A DNA stretch of 64,000 nucleotides from Acidimicrobiales bacterium (GCA_029263175.1 JAJCXZ010000106.1:5214-69213), one strand, 5' to 3'. Shown: positions 35,726 through 45,589, numbered from the stretch's first letter. A program made the numbers and translations. The notes: a model not told the origin generated them from the sequence alone.

Positions 35726-36043
35726 TTGGTAGAGCTCATGTGCCTACCGCATAAGATCCATGAGTTGATCGCAACGCTCGACGACAACTTGTTCCTTGTC
35801 AGGCTCGATCGCCTCACGCCAAAAGAGAAGGACTACCTCCGAGCGATGGCAGAGCTGGGCCCGGGACCGCACCGATCAGGTGACATTGCCACGGAGCTCG
35901 GCGTCAGAGTCGAGTCCGTCGCGCCCCGACGCTCGGGCCTGATCGCCAAGGGAGTGATCTACAGCCCTGCCCACGGGGACACCGCATTCACCGTGCCACT
36001 CTTCGACGAGTTCCTACGACGCACCCTGAGCTGGAAGGCTTGA
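35726..36043 (+). CDS. Small winged-helix protein resembling the C-terminal tail of Arch_ATPase-type ATP-binding proteins; possible gene remnant
   Basis: LTPKEKDYLRAMAELGPGPHRSGDIATELGVRVESVAPRRSGLIAKGVIY..FTVPLFDEFLRR. No ATPase part lies upstream. Confidence 0.35.
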   Translation: MVELMCLPHKIHELIATLDDNLFLVRLDRLTPKEKDYLRAMAELGPGPHRSGDIATELGVRVESVAPRRSGLIAKGVIYSPAHGDTAFTVPLFDEFLRRTLSWKA

Positions 36044-37384
36044 GCGTGCCGTCTTGTAGGCGGCCAACGTGTGCAGTCGAGCGGCGGCGTGGTCGACGAT
36101 CGGCGCTGGGTACTTCACCCCATGCGCTGGGCCGCCGCCTTTCCACGGGTCGTGGATGACAGGTGCCGCAAGACTGGCGAGTTCGGGCACCCAAAGACGG
36201 ATGTAGTCGCCGTGCGGGTCGAACTTCATGCTCTGCGTGGTTGGGTTGAAGATTCGAAAGTAGGGAGCCGCGTCGGGGCCCGTCCCTGCCACCCATTGCC
36301 AGTTTCCCGCGTTCTGGGCGAGATCAGCATCGATCAGGTGGTGACGAAAGAACTGTTCTCCCTTTCGCCAATCGATGAGCAAGTCCTTGACGAGGAAGCT
36401 GGCGCAGAGCATCCGCACCCGGCCATGGATCCAGCCTTCAGCCACGAGCTGACGCATGCCGGCATCCACGATCGGGTAGCCCGTCTGCCCGCGGCACCAC
36501 GCGTCGAAACCCTGGCGATCGTCGATCCACGTCATGGCCGAATACTCCGGGCGTACCGGAGAGGGGGCGAGATCCGGCCGTTCGGCGAGCATGTGGGCCC
36601 ACCAGTCGCGCCAGGCGACCTGACGGACGAACGCGGTGCGGCCCGTGGACGACTCGCCGACCACGTCGATGAGTGTCCGCGGCGAGATCGTGCCGAACTT
36701 GAGGTCCGCGGACAGGTGCGAAGTGCCGTGAAGGTCGGGACGGTCTCGGTCATCGGCGTAGCGATCGACGTCTTCGAGCCATCGCCGCGCCCGCTCCCAT
36801 GCCGCCTTCTCGCCGCCCGCCTGGCGCGGGGGTTCGCTGGGCTTTGGGATGTCGTCCGTCGAAAGCTCGACGGGCCGGCCGTTCCCGCCATCTGGCCATG
36901 GGGTTCGAGGGGTGGTTTGCCATCCCCGAAAGAACGGCGTGAAGACCTGTGACAACGTGCCCCGCTGGGTGAGTACCGCGCCGGGCTCGTGCGCCACGGT
37001 GCCCCAGAAGCGGTGCATGGGCACCTCAGTGGCCGCATGGACGGCGATGTCTCGCGCCCGGCTGAAGGGCGACGCATCGGTATTGAGGTAGACGGCGCTC
37101 GCACCACACGACTCGACGAGCGCCGGAATCGCCGCGGCCGCGGGCCCGTTGCGGACGACGAGCGCGCCACCCAACGAACGCAACGTCGAGTCGAGCGCCC
37201 GAAGGTGAGCGAAGAGTTGGTTGCGCCGGTGAGCAGAGGCGGCATCGAGCAGCGCCGGCTCCCACACGAAGCAGGCGACGACTGAGCGGTGCGCGGCTGT
37301 GGCTGCGTCCCACGCCGGGTTGTCGGCCAGGCGCAGATCTCGTCGAAACCACACGACGCCGGGGGCATCCTGCATTGTCGCCAT
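36014..37384 (-). CDS. phr: Deoxyribodipyrimidine photolyase / cryptochrome family
   Basis: VVWFRRDLRLADNPAW.., WREWWAH-like WRDWWAH, GWIHGRVRMLCASFLVKDLLIDWRKGEQFF..DADLAQNAGNWQWVAGTG.DAAPYFRIFNP. Confidence 0.93.
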   Translation of the reverse strand: MATMQDAPGVVWFRRDLRLADNPAWDAATAAHRSVVACFVWEPALLDAASAHRRNQLFAHLRALDSTLRSLGGALVVRNGPAAAAIPALVESCGASAVYLNTDASPFSRARDIAVHAATEVPMHRFWGTVAHEPGAVLTQRGTLSQVFTPFFRGWQTTPRTPWPDGGNGRPVELSTDDIPKPSEPPRQAGGEKAAWERARRWLEDVDRYADDRDRPDLHGTSHLSADLKFGTISPRTLIDVVGESSTGRTAFVRQVAWRDWWAHMLAERPDLAPSPVRPEYSAMTWIDDRQGFDAWCRGQTGYPIVDAGMRQLVAEGWIHGRVRMLCASFLVKDLLIDWRKGEQFFRHHLIDADLAQNAGNWQWVAGTGPDAAPYFRIFNPTTQSMKFDPHGDYIRLWVPELASLAAPVIHDPWKGGGPAHGVKYPAPIVDHAAARLHTLAAYKTARSSLPAQGAS

Positions 37385-37499
37385 TCCTTCCCGCGTCGTC
37401 GCTCAGTCGTTCTACGGCCAGCATCGTGGAATGGATGCGCTTCTCAGTCTCGTGGCGACCCGCATGCATCTGAACGACGCTGGCGAACGTAGATAGGTC

Positions 37500-39005
37500 G
37501 TGAAGCACCGTTTGGAAAATCGTGGCCACGTTCTCGTGGCCGGCGCCTCCGGCTACGTCGGCGGTCGACTCGTCGGACAACTCTTGGATGCCGGCTATCA
37601 GGTCCGTTGCCTGGCCCGCACTCCCCAGAAGCTCGATCGGTCGCCGTGGCGGTCCCGGGTCGAGGTCGTCGAGGGTGACGTCGAGGGAGATCTCGCTCAT
37701 GCTGTGGATGGCATCGATGTCGTCTACTACCTCGTCCACAGCATTGGCGAGGGCGAGCAGTGGGCCGAGCGTGAGGCGCTGGGCGCGGCCAACATGCGCG
37801 ACGCAGCCGCGACCGCCGGGGTAAACCGGATCGTGTATCTCGGCGGCCTGGGAGACGGCGGCGGCGATGAACTCTCGCCGCACCTGGAGAGTCGCCACAA
37901 TGTCGGCCGTGTACTTGCCAGCGGACCAGTTCCGGTCACGGAGCTGCGGGCTGCGGTGATAATCGGCGCAGGGAGTGCCAGCTTCGAAATGCTGCGGTAT
38001 CTCGTCGAGGTGCTGCCGATGATGGTGACCCCTCGGTGGGTCGACACCCGCTGCCAGCCCATCGGGATTCGTGACGTGATTCGGTACCTCGTTGAGGTGC
38101 TGGACGTGGATGAGACGGCTGACCGAGTGCTCGAGATCGGCGGGCCCGAGGTGCTTTCGTATCGCGAGATGATGGCGATCTACGCAGAAGAGGCAGGGCT
38201 GCGAAAGCGGGTCATCATCCCGGTTCCCGTTCTCACCCCGCGGTTGTCGTCGCACTGGGTTGGGTTGGTCACTCCGTTGCCGCGATCGCTGGCTCGACCC
38301 TTGGTCAGCAGTCTCGTGAACGAGGTGATCGTGAACGACTCGGCGATCGTCGACCTGTGCCCGTTTGAACGGGTTCCGTATGCGGTCGCGGTCCGACGGG
38401 CGTTGGACCGGACTCTGGACCACGAGGTGTCCACCCGCTGGACCGGTGCGCAGAGCGTTGCGCTGGCCGGGACTCTCCCCACCGACCCCGATTGGTCTGG
38501 AGGAGCCGTGCTTCGCGACGAACGCGAGCGCTTCGTCAACGCGTCGGAAAGCGATGCGCACGAGACGCTGTGTCGGATCGGTGGCGAACAGGGTTGGTAT
38601 GGCAGCGATCTGCTTTGGTCGATCCGCGGATCCGTGGACAAAATCATCGGTGGTCCGGGCATGCGCCGTGGTCGCCGCAGCCCGACCGAACTGAACGTCG
38701 GCGATCCGGTCGATTTCTGGCGGGTCGAGGCGATCGAACCGAGCAAACTGCTTCGTCTGCGTGCGGAGATGCGGCTCCCCGGTGTGGCCTCGCTCGAGTG
38801 GCACGTCGAGCCGGCGCCACAATCCGAAGCCGGGCCGCGGTGCCGGATTCGACAGACGGCGACATTTGTCCCTCGTGGTCTTTGGGGGCGGCTGTACTGG
38901 TATGCGGTAGCGCCGTTTCACCATTTCGTCTTCCCGCGCCTTTTGGACGGCATCGTCGACGCCGCCGAGTCGCTCCGATCGCCGTCAGAAGAGGTGGCCC
39001 GGTGA
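37500..39005 (+). CDS. NAD(P)-binding SDR-family protein with C-terminal DUF2867-like domain
   Basis: Rossmann motif VLVAGASGYVGGRLVGQLL. 501 aa. Divergent from the photolyase gene. Confidence 0.75.
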   Translation: MKHRLENRGHVLVAGASGYVGGRLVGQLLDAGYQVRCLARTPQKLDRSPWRSRVEVVEGDVEGDLAHAVDGIDVVYYLVHSIGEGEQWAEREALGAANMRDAAATAGVNRIVYLGGLGDGGGDELSPHLESRHNVGRVLASGPVPVTELRAAVIIGAGSASFEMLRYLVEVLPMMVTPRWVDTRCQPIGIRDVIRYLVEVLDVDETADRVLEIGGPEVLSYREMMAIYAEEAGLRKRVIIPVPVLTPRLSSHWVGLVTPLPRSLARPLVSSLVNEVIVNDSAIVDLCPFERVPYAVAVRRALDRTLDHEVSTRWTGAQSVALAGTLPTDPDWSGGAVLRDERERFVNASESDAHETLCRIGGEQGWYGSDLLWSIRGSVDKIIGGPGMRRGRRSPTELNVGDPVDFWRVEAIEPSKLLRLRAEMRLPGVASLEWHVEPAPQSEAGPRCRIRQTATFVPRGLWGRLYWYAVAPFHHFVFPRLLDGIVDAAESLRSPSEEVAR

Positions 39006-39053
39006 TCTCGTGCGGCGACTTCGACCGTGGCCGCGGCCGCCTACGGTGCAGCC

Positions 39054-39932
39054 ATGGCTGACAAGAACCCACAGCGCACGTCGGCAATTGGCATCGTCGC
39101 GGCATTGGCTATCGGCGTCGCGGTCGCGTTCGCGGGCAGCCAGGGAAGCACACAGGTTGGTGCGATCTCCGTGTTTGCCCTCGCTGGGGTCATTGCCTAT
39201 GCGATCAACATCGTTGCGTTCGTTCCTGCGATCCTCCGTCAGACCGAGCGGTTCTTCGACGCGACAGGCAGCGCGACGTATCTCACCGTGATCATCGCCG
39301 CGCTCCTGCTCAGCGATGACGTCGATGCGCGAGCGCTGATCGTGGGCGGACTCGTCGTCGTGTGGGCTGTGCGTCTCGGGACGTTCCTGTTCGCCCGCAT
39401 CAGACGCGACGGTCGTGATGGGCGGTTCGACGCTATCAAGACCGATGCGCCGCGCTTTCTCATGACCTGGGTGCTGCAGGGCCTTTGGGTCTTCTTGACG
39501 CTGGCGTGTGCGCTTGCCGTCATCACCAGCGAAAGGCGCGAGTCGTTCGATGGGTTCGCTGCCGTCGGCATCATCGTCTGGCTGATCGGATTCTCGATCG
39601 AGGTCATGGCCGATCGACAGAAGTCGATATTCCGTGCCGACCCGACCAACCGCGATCGCTTCATCACCACGGGCCTGTGGGCATGGTCGCGTCACCCGAA
39701 CTATTTCGGTGAGATCACCCTCTGGGTCGGCATTCTCATCACCGCACTGCCCATTCTCGACGGGTGGCGGTGGGTCGTGCTGGTGTCGCCGCTGTTCGTG
39801 TACCTGCTGCTGACACGCATCAGCGGCATCCCGATGCTGGAGCGTCGAGCCCAGAAGAAGTGGGGCGACGATGACGAATTTCAACGGTATGTCGCCACCA
39901 CGCCCGCATTGATGCTGCGCCCACCACGCTGA
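39054..39932 (+). CDS. DUF1295 (steroid 5-alpha-reductase/ICMT-like) membrane protein
   Basis: Multi-TM protein. GLWAWSRHPNYFGEITLWVG signature. The alternative start at 39027 is possible. Confidence 0.75.
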   Translation: MADKNPQRTSAIGIVAALAIGVAVAFAGSQGSTQVGAISVFALAGVIAYAINIVAFVPAILRQTERFFDATGSATYLTVIIAALLLSDDVDARALIVGGLVVVWAVRLGTFLFARIRRDGRDGRFDAIKTDAPRFLMTWVLQGLWVFLTLACALAVITSERRESFDGFAAVGIIVWLIGFSIEVMADRQKSIFRADPTNRDRFITTGLWAWSRHPNYFGEITLWVGILITALPILDGWRWVVLVSPLFVYLLLTRISGIPMLERRAQKKWGDDDEFQRYVATTPALMLRPPR

Positions 39933-40209
39933 TCCGGGCCCGCGCTTCGCTGCCGGTGATCCCGGCGGGGTACCAGCACATCTGCCTCAGGTATCTGCGT
40001 CCTGCTCGGCGCGGGCACGTTCCTCGGCGAGGTACCTCTGGTAGCGCGGACTGTCCGTTCCGTCGTCGCCGATGAAATAGGCAGCCTCCACTCGTTTCGC
40101 GGCACGCTCCTCAGGTGTGCTGTGCGGTTTGATTCCCATACGTCCAGGCTCTGGGCGTGTTCTCCCCGGCGGTAGGGACCTACGGCCCGGCACGCGCGCC
40201 GGCGTCAGG

Positions 40210-40638
40210 TCAGCTCGGTCGAGCTTCGCAGAGCGTCTTGAAGTTGACGTGCTGCTTCGCAACATCCCGCTTGATGAACGGGATGAGCAACGGGAGGAGA
40301 GCCTTCATGAAGCCCTTGGGTCGGGCGTCGAAGTGTCCAACCGCTGTCGTCGTTCCGTCCGACTCGGTGAAGCTGAACCTGATGGCGACGTCCATCTGCT
40401 TGCTCGTCAGGACGAACTCGAGGCGTTCGGGTCGGTCGAACACCGTGATCTCGACCTCGTGCTCGCCGCGTTTGTCCGTAACGACGAACTGCGTGCCTTC
40501 GCCGATCGGCTCATCGGTCACCAACTCCGCCTGTGAGACACCTTCGTTCCACTGCACCTCGTTGCGGGCGTCCGCGAGCAGGTCAAAGACCGTCGTGGAC
40601 GGGCTGTCGATGAGCAACTCTTCTCTGAAACCTGGCAT
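40210..40638 (-). CDS. SRPBCC (START/polyketide-cyclase-like) family protein
   Basis: 142 aa. EELLIDSPSTTVFDLLADARNEVQWNEGV..FVVTDKRGEHEVEITVFDRPERLEF. Confidence 0.7.
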   Translation of the reverse strand: MPGFREELLIDSPSTTVFDLLADARNEVQWNEGVSQAELVTDEPIGEGTQFVVTDKRGEHEVEITVFDRPERLEFVLTSKQMDVAIRFSFTESDGTTTAVGHFDARPKGFMKALLPLLIPFIKRDVAKQHVNFKTLCEARPS

Positions 40639-40713
40639 GGCCGAAACCTACCTTGGACAGCGATGAGATGACGATCATTCAGTCGCGAGCGCGAGTTCTG
40701 TCAAGCAGCCGCT

Positions 40714-40929
40714 TCAGACCTGGTACAAGGTTTCCCCTGACCGGACGATCTCTTCGGCGTTCCAGTCCGATTCCAGCGCCGCCAAAACGGCGGCGACGTC
40801 GTCCGTTGTGGCCATCAACTCATGGGTCGCCACGTCGAGGGCGTGGGCGGATCCAAGGTCGGGATAACGGGTGTCGATGGGCAAGATGCGACAGTTGCGA
40901 TGCTGCAGCAGGGCGAGTGCGCTCACCAT
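40714..40929 (-). CDS. Hypothetical small protein or gene fragment
   Basis: 71-aa ORF bounded by an in-frame stop 15 codons upstream. No motif recognised. Confidence 0.2.
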   Translation of the reverse strand: MVSALALLQHRNCRILPIDTRYPDLGSAHALDVATHELMATTDDVAAVLAALESDWNAEEIVRSGETLYQV

Positions 40930-41112
40930 CTCGGCGCCGTTCGAAAGAGTTGGCTGGGATAGCCACTCTGTCGGTCACGGGGCCAACACCAATGCGAGTG
41001 GCCATCACCACTGCGTGGCGTGCGGTGAGACTGCCACCCGCAGCGTCGCCGCTGGCCTCCTCTGCGCCCGGCCCCTAACCTGACCGGCGACACGACGCGG
41101 AGGGAAGCAACC

Positions 41113-41550
41113 ATGCGAGTCAAAGACGTGGCGGGTTCGAGCGGTCGCACCGTCGTGACGGTCGAGCCCAGCGAGACCATCGCCGACGTGGTCGACCTCC
41201 TCAAGGAGCACTCCATCGGTGCGATCGTTGTCTCGCACGACAACAAGAGCATCCTCGGGATCATCTCCGAACGAGATGTCGTCCGCCACCTCGCTCGTGA
41301 ACAGGAGGGAACGTTGCGGGTCAAGGTCGAGGACCTGATGACGAGGAACGTCCTGACCTGTCAGCTCGACGACGACCTGGAAGCGACGATGCGCATCATG
41401 ACCGACGGTCGCTTCCGCCACATTCCGATCGTGGATTCGAACAGCGAGCTGTGCGGCATCGTCAGCCTCGGAGACCTGGTCAGCGCACGCCTCCAAGCTC
41501 TTGAAGCGCAGAACACCGAGCTCACGGCAAAGGGTCGCCACAATCGGTGA
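41113..41550 (+). CDS. CBS-domain pair protein
   Basis: TVEPSETIADVVDLLKEHSIGAIVV..GIISERDVV and MTRNVLTC..TMRIMTDGRFRHIPIVD..GIVSLGDLV. Confidence 0.88.
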   Translation: MRVKDVAGSSGRTVVTVEPSETIADVVDLLKEHSIGAIVVSHDNKSILGIISERDVVRHLAREQEGTLRVKVEDLMTRNVLTCQLDDDLEATMRIMTDGRFRHIPIVDSNSELCGIVSLGDLVSARLQALEAQNTELTAKGRHNR

Positions 41551-43228
41551 ACCATCGCTGCAGCCCGTCGATTTGCTCCAAGTGGGTCTGGCGCTCGGAA
41601 GGCTCGCCGCCCACCGTGATCGTCACGTCGACGTCGAAGGTCCGTCGAATCTCATGGACTTGCCCATCGCGCTCGAACAGCCATGGCATCGGGCCATCCA
41701 CGCCCCTGACCTCGGCCCGCAGCGTCGGCTCGAGGAGGCTCTCCACGCGGCTCTGACAGGCCGGAGCCCCGTACATGTCGAGTACCACCGGATGCAGTCG
41801 GTCGAGAAGGAACCCGGGATCAGCTGTCTGCATCGCGTGTGAATACTGGTCGAAGAAGTCCTGAGGGGTCTCGTCCACGATCTCCGGCGGCGGGGCCGCA
41901 ATGGCCGCCCCCTCGACCGTGAACGTGATCGCCTCCCCACCCGGGAGCCCTCCATCGCCGCCCAGGCTGTACACGCCAGCCAGGCTGCCGTCCACGAGCG
42001 TGCCCTCGAAACGCGCTCGAATGTCCGGGAATCCGGCGACCGTTCCCATCCCATCGGCGGAGATGTTGCCATCGGGGAGCTGGACGCCTTGGACGTCCAC
42101 CCACGGTTGGGGCCCCGTGAGTATGAAGGTGCCGCCGGCATTGACCCGCAACGGCACCGTCATCGGCATTCGAATGAACGGGGCGTGCCCGCCGGGGTCG
42201 TCGAGCGGCTCGACGTCCGCGTCGACGGTCTGCTCGCCGGTGGTGGCGGGTTCGGGGGGACGATCACACCAGATCAGGGTCACCGAGGACAGGCTGATCG
42301 AGTACCTGTCCCAGGTCTTCTTGAGGTCTTCGTAGTCTTCGAAAAAGGTCTCCGCCTCGAAGAAGGCTTCGCCGCTGTAGCGAATGTAGGCCCGGTCCGA
42401 TTCGCACGTGAACTCACGTGTGAAAGAGATGCTGTCGCCGTTGATGGCCGTCAGTTCATCGGGCGCTCTGACTTCCGCCGGTGTGGCACCGACTCCCCAT
42501 CCTGGCGGGTTCTTGCCGTAGAGCGTTCCTTGCAGATCCCAGTCTTCGCCCACGAATCGAATGCGAGACCTGACCGGGGGGTGGTTGTCTTCGAGCAGGT
42601 CTTTCGTGCGGGTGACGGTGAGTTTCAGATCGAACGGCACACCCCTGATGATCTTGTCCGGCACCTCGATACGGGTTTCCCAGAAGCCCGACTGGTCGAT
42701 GTCGACCCTGCTGAAGTGCGGGATGGGAACCACGGCGGTGAGGGATTCTCCGGTCTCATCGACATTCAATTCTGAAGGCTCGAGGAACTCGAACTCGCCA
42801 TCCTCGGAGGTCAAGCGGACGGTGAGCGCGTGATCCGCGGCCGGCATCGGGAAGTTGATGGAGAGATCGACGGGCTCGAGAAAGATCAGCCCGGCCGGTT
42901 CGAGCGCATAGGAGGCCAGCGTCTCCGCGCCGATTGTTTCGAGGGGAACCACGCTCAGGTCATCCAGGTCTCTGCCCTCTGGCAGCGCACCCTCCGGGAT
43001 CCGCAGGGTGGCGTACCCATCTGAGGAGTGCACATCCCCCGCTGTCGGGGCGACTTCCCGCTCCGCCGGTGCAACGTCACTCTCCGGGAGAGCGACATCC
43101 GCCTGCGGCGAGACGACAGCCCCCTCTGATGGTTGGTCGTTGGCAGGAGAGGCGGCGCAAGCCGATGACAGACCGAACGCCAGGGACAGAATCACGATCC
43201 CGCCGCGTCCTAGAATTGTCTCCGTCAT
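41522..43228 (-). CDS. Secreted/lipoprotein-like protein of unknown function
   Basis: 568 aa. N-terminus MTETILGRGGIVILSLAFGLSSACAASP (signal plus Cys). Its 3' end overlaps the CBS gene by 29 nt. Confidence 0.6.
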   Translation of the reverse strand: MTETILGRGGIVILSLAFGLSSACAASPANDQPSEGAVVSPQADVALPESDVAPAEREVAPTAGDVHSSDGYATLRIPEGALPEGRDLDDLSVVPLETIGAETLASYALEPAGLIFLEPVDLSINFPMPAADHALTVRLTSEDGEFEFLEPSELNVDETGESLTAVVPIPHFSRVDIDQSGFWETRIEVPDKIIRGVPFDLKLTVTRTKDLLEDNHPPVRSRIRFVGEDWDLQGTLYGKNPPGWGVGATPAEVRAPDELTAINGDSISFTREFTCESDRAYIRYSGEAFFEAETFFEDYEDLKKTWDRYSISLSSVTLIWCDRPPEPATTGEQTVDADVEPLDDPGGHAPFIRMPMTVPLRVNAGGTFILTGPQPWVDVQGVQLPDGNISADGMGTVAGFPDIRARFEGTLVDGSLAGVYSLGGDGGLPGGEAITFTVEGAAIAAPPPEIVDETPQDFFDQYSHAMQTADPGFLLDRLHPVVLDMYGAPACQSRVESLLEPTLRAEVRGVDGPMPWLFERDGQVHEIRRTFDVDVTITVGGEPSERQTHLEQIDGLQRWFTDCGDPLP

Positions 43229-43607
43229 GGCTTCCTCCCAGAAGTTGGGGTTCCTCGCCCGAGACCAGATGGTGCTGCATTTCGCCTATCGGTCTGACGG
43301 AGACGTTCTTGACCCGAGCGCCAGTTCGAGGGCCCTCAGCCTCGGCTGGCCGACACCCGACTCCCGCCGGTCGGGCAGGACCCGCCCGGATCGGTTCTTG
43401 TACCACCGAATACGGCGCGCTCACCGTCAAAGGTCCCCGTGTAGTCACCGATCGACCCGCTGCTGCACGAACAGGCCGAAGACGAGGTCGGTGTTGAAGT
43501 CGGCGATGGAGCCGTAGATGACTCCGCTGAGGATGTGAGCCCTGCAGAGCCCGAGCAGCCCAACTCCACCCCGATCTACGATGCATCCACCCGGCGGGGA
43601 GGACGAC

Positions 43608-44915
43608 ATGCAGAACGGTTATGAACCGGAGTTCATCGGCGACGGGATCAGGATTCCGCTGCCGACGTTCAACCGCAGCCTCGGCCAATCAGTGCTGCGA
43701 AAGCCAGGACTGCGGGACGGTAGGTTTTCGGATCACACCCACTTCACCCTCGTCATGAACGAGCACACCCGGCAGCTGATCTACTCCGCCTACAACATCG
43801 ACCAGTCCAAGTTCCGGCCCAAGCCGCCCGATGAGGGCAAGCGCTCGTGGAAGAAGGACAAGGTAATCGGTGAGGAGCATCAGCTCGGCAACGAGTACTA
43901 CAAGGATCGCAAGAACTCGATCGGTGAGACGGTCCCCAATCCCTACGACCGCGGCCACATGGTCATGCGCTTCAACAACATGTGGGGCGACACCAACGCC
44001 GAGTCCGACAAGGCCGGCAAGGAGACGTTCGTCTACGCCAACTCCTCTCTGCAGCACGAGAACCTGAACCGCGACGAGTGGAAGGAACTCGAGCTGAACA
44101 TCGTGCGTGACTTCCAGCACGCCGCGAACGGTCGCCTCGCCGTCTTCACCGGGCCGATCTTCGGCGATCTCGACCGCCACGTCATCCTCTCCGACCAGAA
44201 CAGTGCTCGGGTGCCGTCCGGGTTCTTCAAGGTGATCTGTTTCCGCAACACGCACGCCGTCGACGACGAACCGCTCGGTGTCCTCACCTTCGCCATCTTC
44301 CAGGACGATCAGGTGCTGCGCGACAAGTTGGGGGCGGCGACCGTCAAGACGCACCGTCCCTACCAGATCACCATCACCGAGCTCCAGAACCTGACCGGCA
44401 TCCACTTCGGGGAGGAGCTCTTCGAACGCAATCCTCTCTTCTTCTTCGACAACGAGCTGCGCAACGAAGCCGTCAACGTGCACACGGTTCCCGAGCGCAT
44501 TCCCGTCAACACCGGCGAAGATCTCATCGGCGATGCCGGCGATCGGCGCTGCGAAGTCGAGCCGCTGGCCCAGCGCCGCATCATCATCAACTCGGCAATG
44601 ATCAACCCTGAGGGGAACGAGCACCGAGGCGAATGGATCTCCCTGCACAACCGGGGCAACCGCAAGACGAGCCTGCGCAAGTGGCGGCTCGTGGACGGCC
44701 AAGGCCGGGAAGTGGTGTTGCAGCACAGCATCAACGCCGGGGAATCGCTACGCCTCAAGGGGCCCGACCGAGGCAAGATCAGACTGAGCAACGCCGGTGG
44801 CAGCCTGGTCCTCTTCGACCAGCATGACTGCATCATCGACCACGTGACCTGGTCTCGCCCCGAGGTGCGGCGCCTCGGTGATGGGGTGGCGTTCATGTTC
44901 GACCACGGCCAGTAG
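43608..44915 (+). CDS. DNA/RNA non-specific endonuclease (Endonuclease_NS) fused to a C-terminal lamin-tail domain (LTD)
   Basis: GGGGAGGA RBS before ATG 43608. Active-site block NPYDRGHMVMRFN and SSLQHENLNRDEW. LTD-like INPEGNEHRGEWISLHNRGNRKTSLRKWRLVD..GESLRL. Confidence 0.8.
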   Translation: MQNGYEPEFIGDGIRIPLPTFNRSLGQSVLRKPGLRDGRFSDHTHFTLVMNEHTRQLIYSAYNIDQSKFRPKPPDEGKRSWKKDKVIGEEHQLGNEYYKDRKNSIGETVPNPYDRGHMVMRFNNMWGDTNAESDKAGKETFVYANSSLQHENLNRDEWKELELNIVRDFQHAANGRLAVFTGPIFGDLDRHVILSDQNSARVPSGFFKVICFRNTHAVDDEPLGVLTFAIFQDDQVLRDKLGAATVKTHRPYQITITELQNLTGIHFGEELFERNPLFFFDNELRNEAVNVHTVPERIPVNTGEDLIGDAGDRRCEVEPLAQRRIIINSAMINPEGNEHRGEWISLHNRGNRKTSLRKWRLVDGQGREVVLQHSINAGESLRLKGPDRGKIRLSNAGGSLVLFDQHDCIIDHVTWSRPEVRRLGDGVAFMFDHGQ

Positions 44916-44925
44916 CGCAACACAG

Positions 44926-44946
44926 GCAGGCCATTCACCTGCTTTT
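44926..44946 (+). terminator. Weak intrinsic-terminator-like hairpin GCAGG-N7-CCTGC followed by TTTT
   Basis: Read directly, 11 nt after the nuclease stop codon. The stem is short. Confidence 0.3.
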
Positions 44947-44976
44947 CGTGGTTCACACACCATATAGGTGTTAGAA

Positions 44977-44994
44977 GTGTACGGAAGGTGTACG
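44977..44994 (+). promoter_or_regulatory. Direct repeat GTGTACG-N4-GTGTACG (plus upstream ACACC-ATATA-GGTGT inverted repeat at about 44957-44971), candidate VapB operator
   Basis: Read directly from the AT-richer stretch immediately upstream of vapB (45003). Confidence 0.35.
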
Positions 44995-45002
44995 ATCATG
45001 CT

Positions 45003-45197
45003 ATGGCCCGGACGAACATCGACATTGACGATCAGGTGCTCGACATCGTGATGCGGCGATACGGCGTGCGTACGAAGACCGAAGCGGTCGCTCTCGCTCT
45101 TCGGCACTTGGCCGGCCGCCCATTGACGATCGAGGAGGCACTCTCGCTCCAAGGGGCCCGTCTGGTCGATGAGATCCCGGCCGACCCATCGCCGTGA
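45003..45197 (+). CDS. vapB: VapB-family antitoxin
   Basis: MARTNIDIDDQVLDIVMRRYGVRTKTEAVALALRHL is the typical VapB (Rv0623-like) N-terminus. Confidence 0.82.
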   Translation: MARTNIDIDDQVLDIVMRRYGVRTKTEAVALALRHLAGRPLTIEEALSLQGARLVDEIPADPSP

Positions 45198-45589
45198 TCC
45201 TCGTCGACACCTCAGCGTGGGTCGAGTTCGACCGCGGCACCGGGTCGAGTGCGGACCGGCGCATCGCCGACCTGATCAGCGAGGGTGGCGGCGAGCTCGC
45301 GACAACCGAACCGGTGCTGATGGAAGTGCTTGCGGGCGCGCGCCGCGAGTCAGATGCGGCGCAGCTCCGGCAACTGCTCACCTCATACGCATGGGTGTCG
45401 GCCGATCCGGTGGCCGACTTTGAGGGCGCGGCGCGGATCTACCGGGCATGCCGTTCCAAGGGCATCACACCGAGGGGGCTGCTCGACTGCATGATCACGG
45501 CGATCGCCATTCGATCCGGATGTCAGCTGCTCGCCCACGACCGCGACTTCGCAGCAATGGCCACCGTCGTCCCGCTCACTCTGGCCTGA
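45194..45589 (+). CDS. vapC: PIN-domain toxin (VapC family)
   Basis: GTGA overlap with vapB. ILVDTSAWVEF, VLMEVLAG, DCMITAIAIRSG, LLAHDRDF. Confidence 0.88.
   Translation: MILVDTSAWVEFDRGTGSSADRRIADLISEGGGELATTEPVLMEVLAGARRESDAAQLRQLLTSYAWVSADPVADFEGAARIYRACRSKGITPRGLLDCMITAIAIRSGCQLLAHDRDFAAMATVVPLTLA

Noticed and set aside
39987-40139. A 50-aa ORF (MGIKPHSTPEERAAKRVEAAYFIGDDGTDSPRYQRYLAEERARAEQDADT) inside the 92-aa ORF-track entry.
   Set aside because: It is plausible in composition but has no motif, no clear RBS and no partner gene. Support is too weak to list as a feature.
40653-41078. Plus-strand 141-aa ORF, and other short ORFs, in the 40.64-41.11 kb gap.
   Set aside because: The translations are Arg/Ser/Pro-rich. 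The region is more likely intergenic or contains only the weak minus-strand 71-aa ORF.
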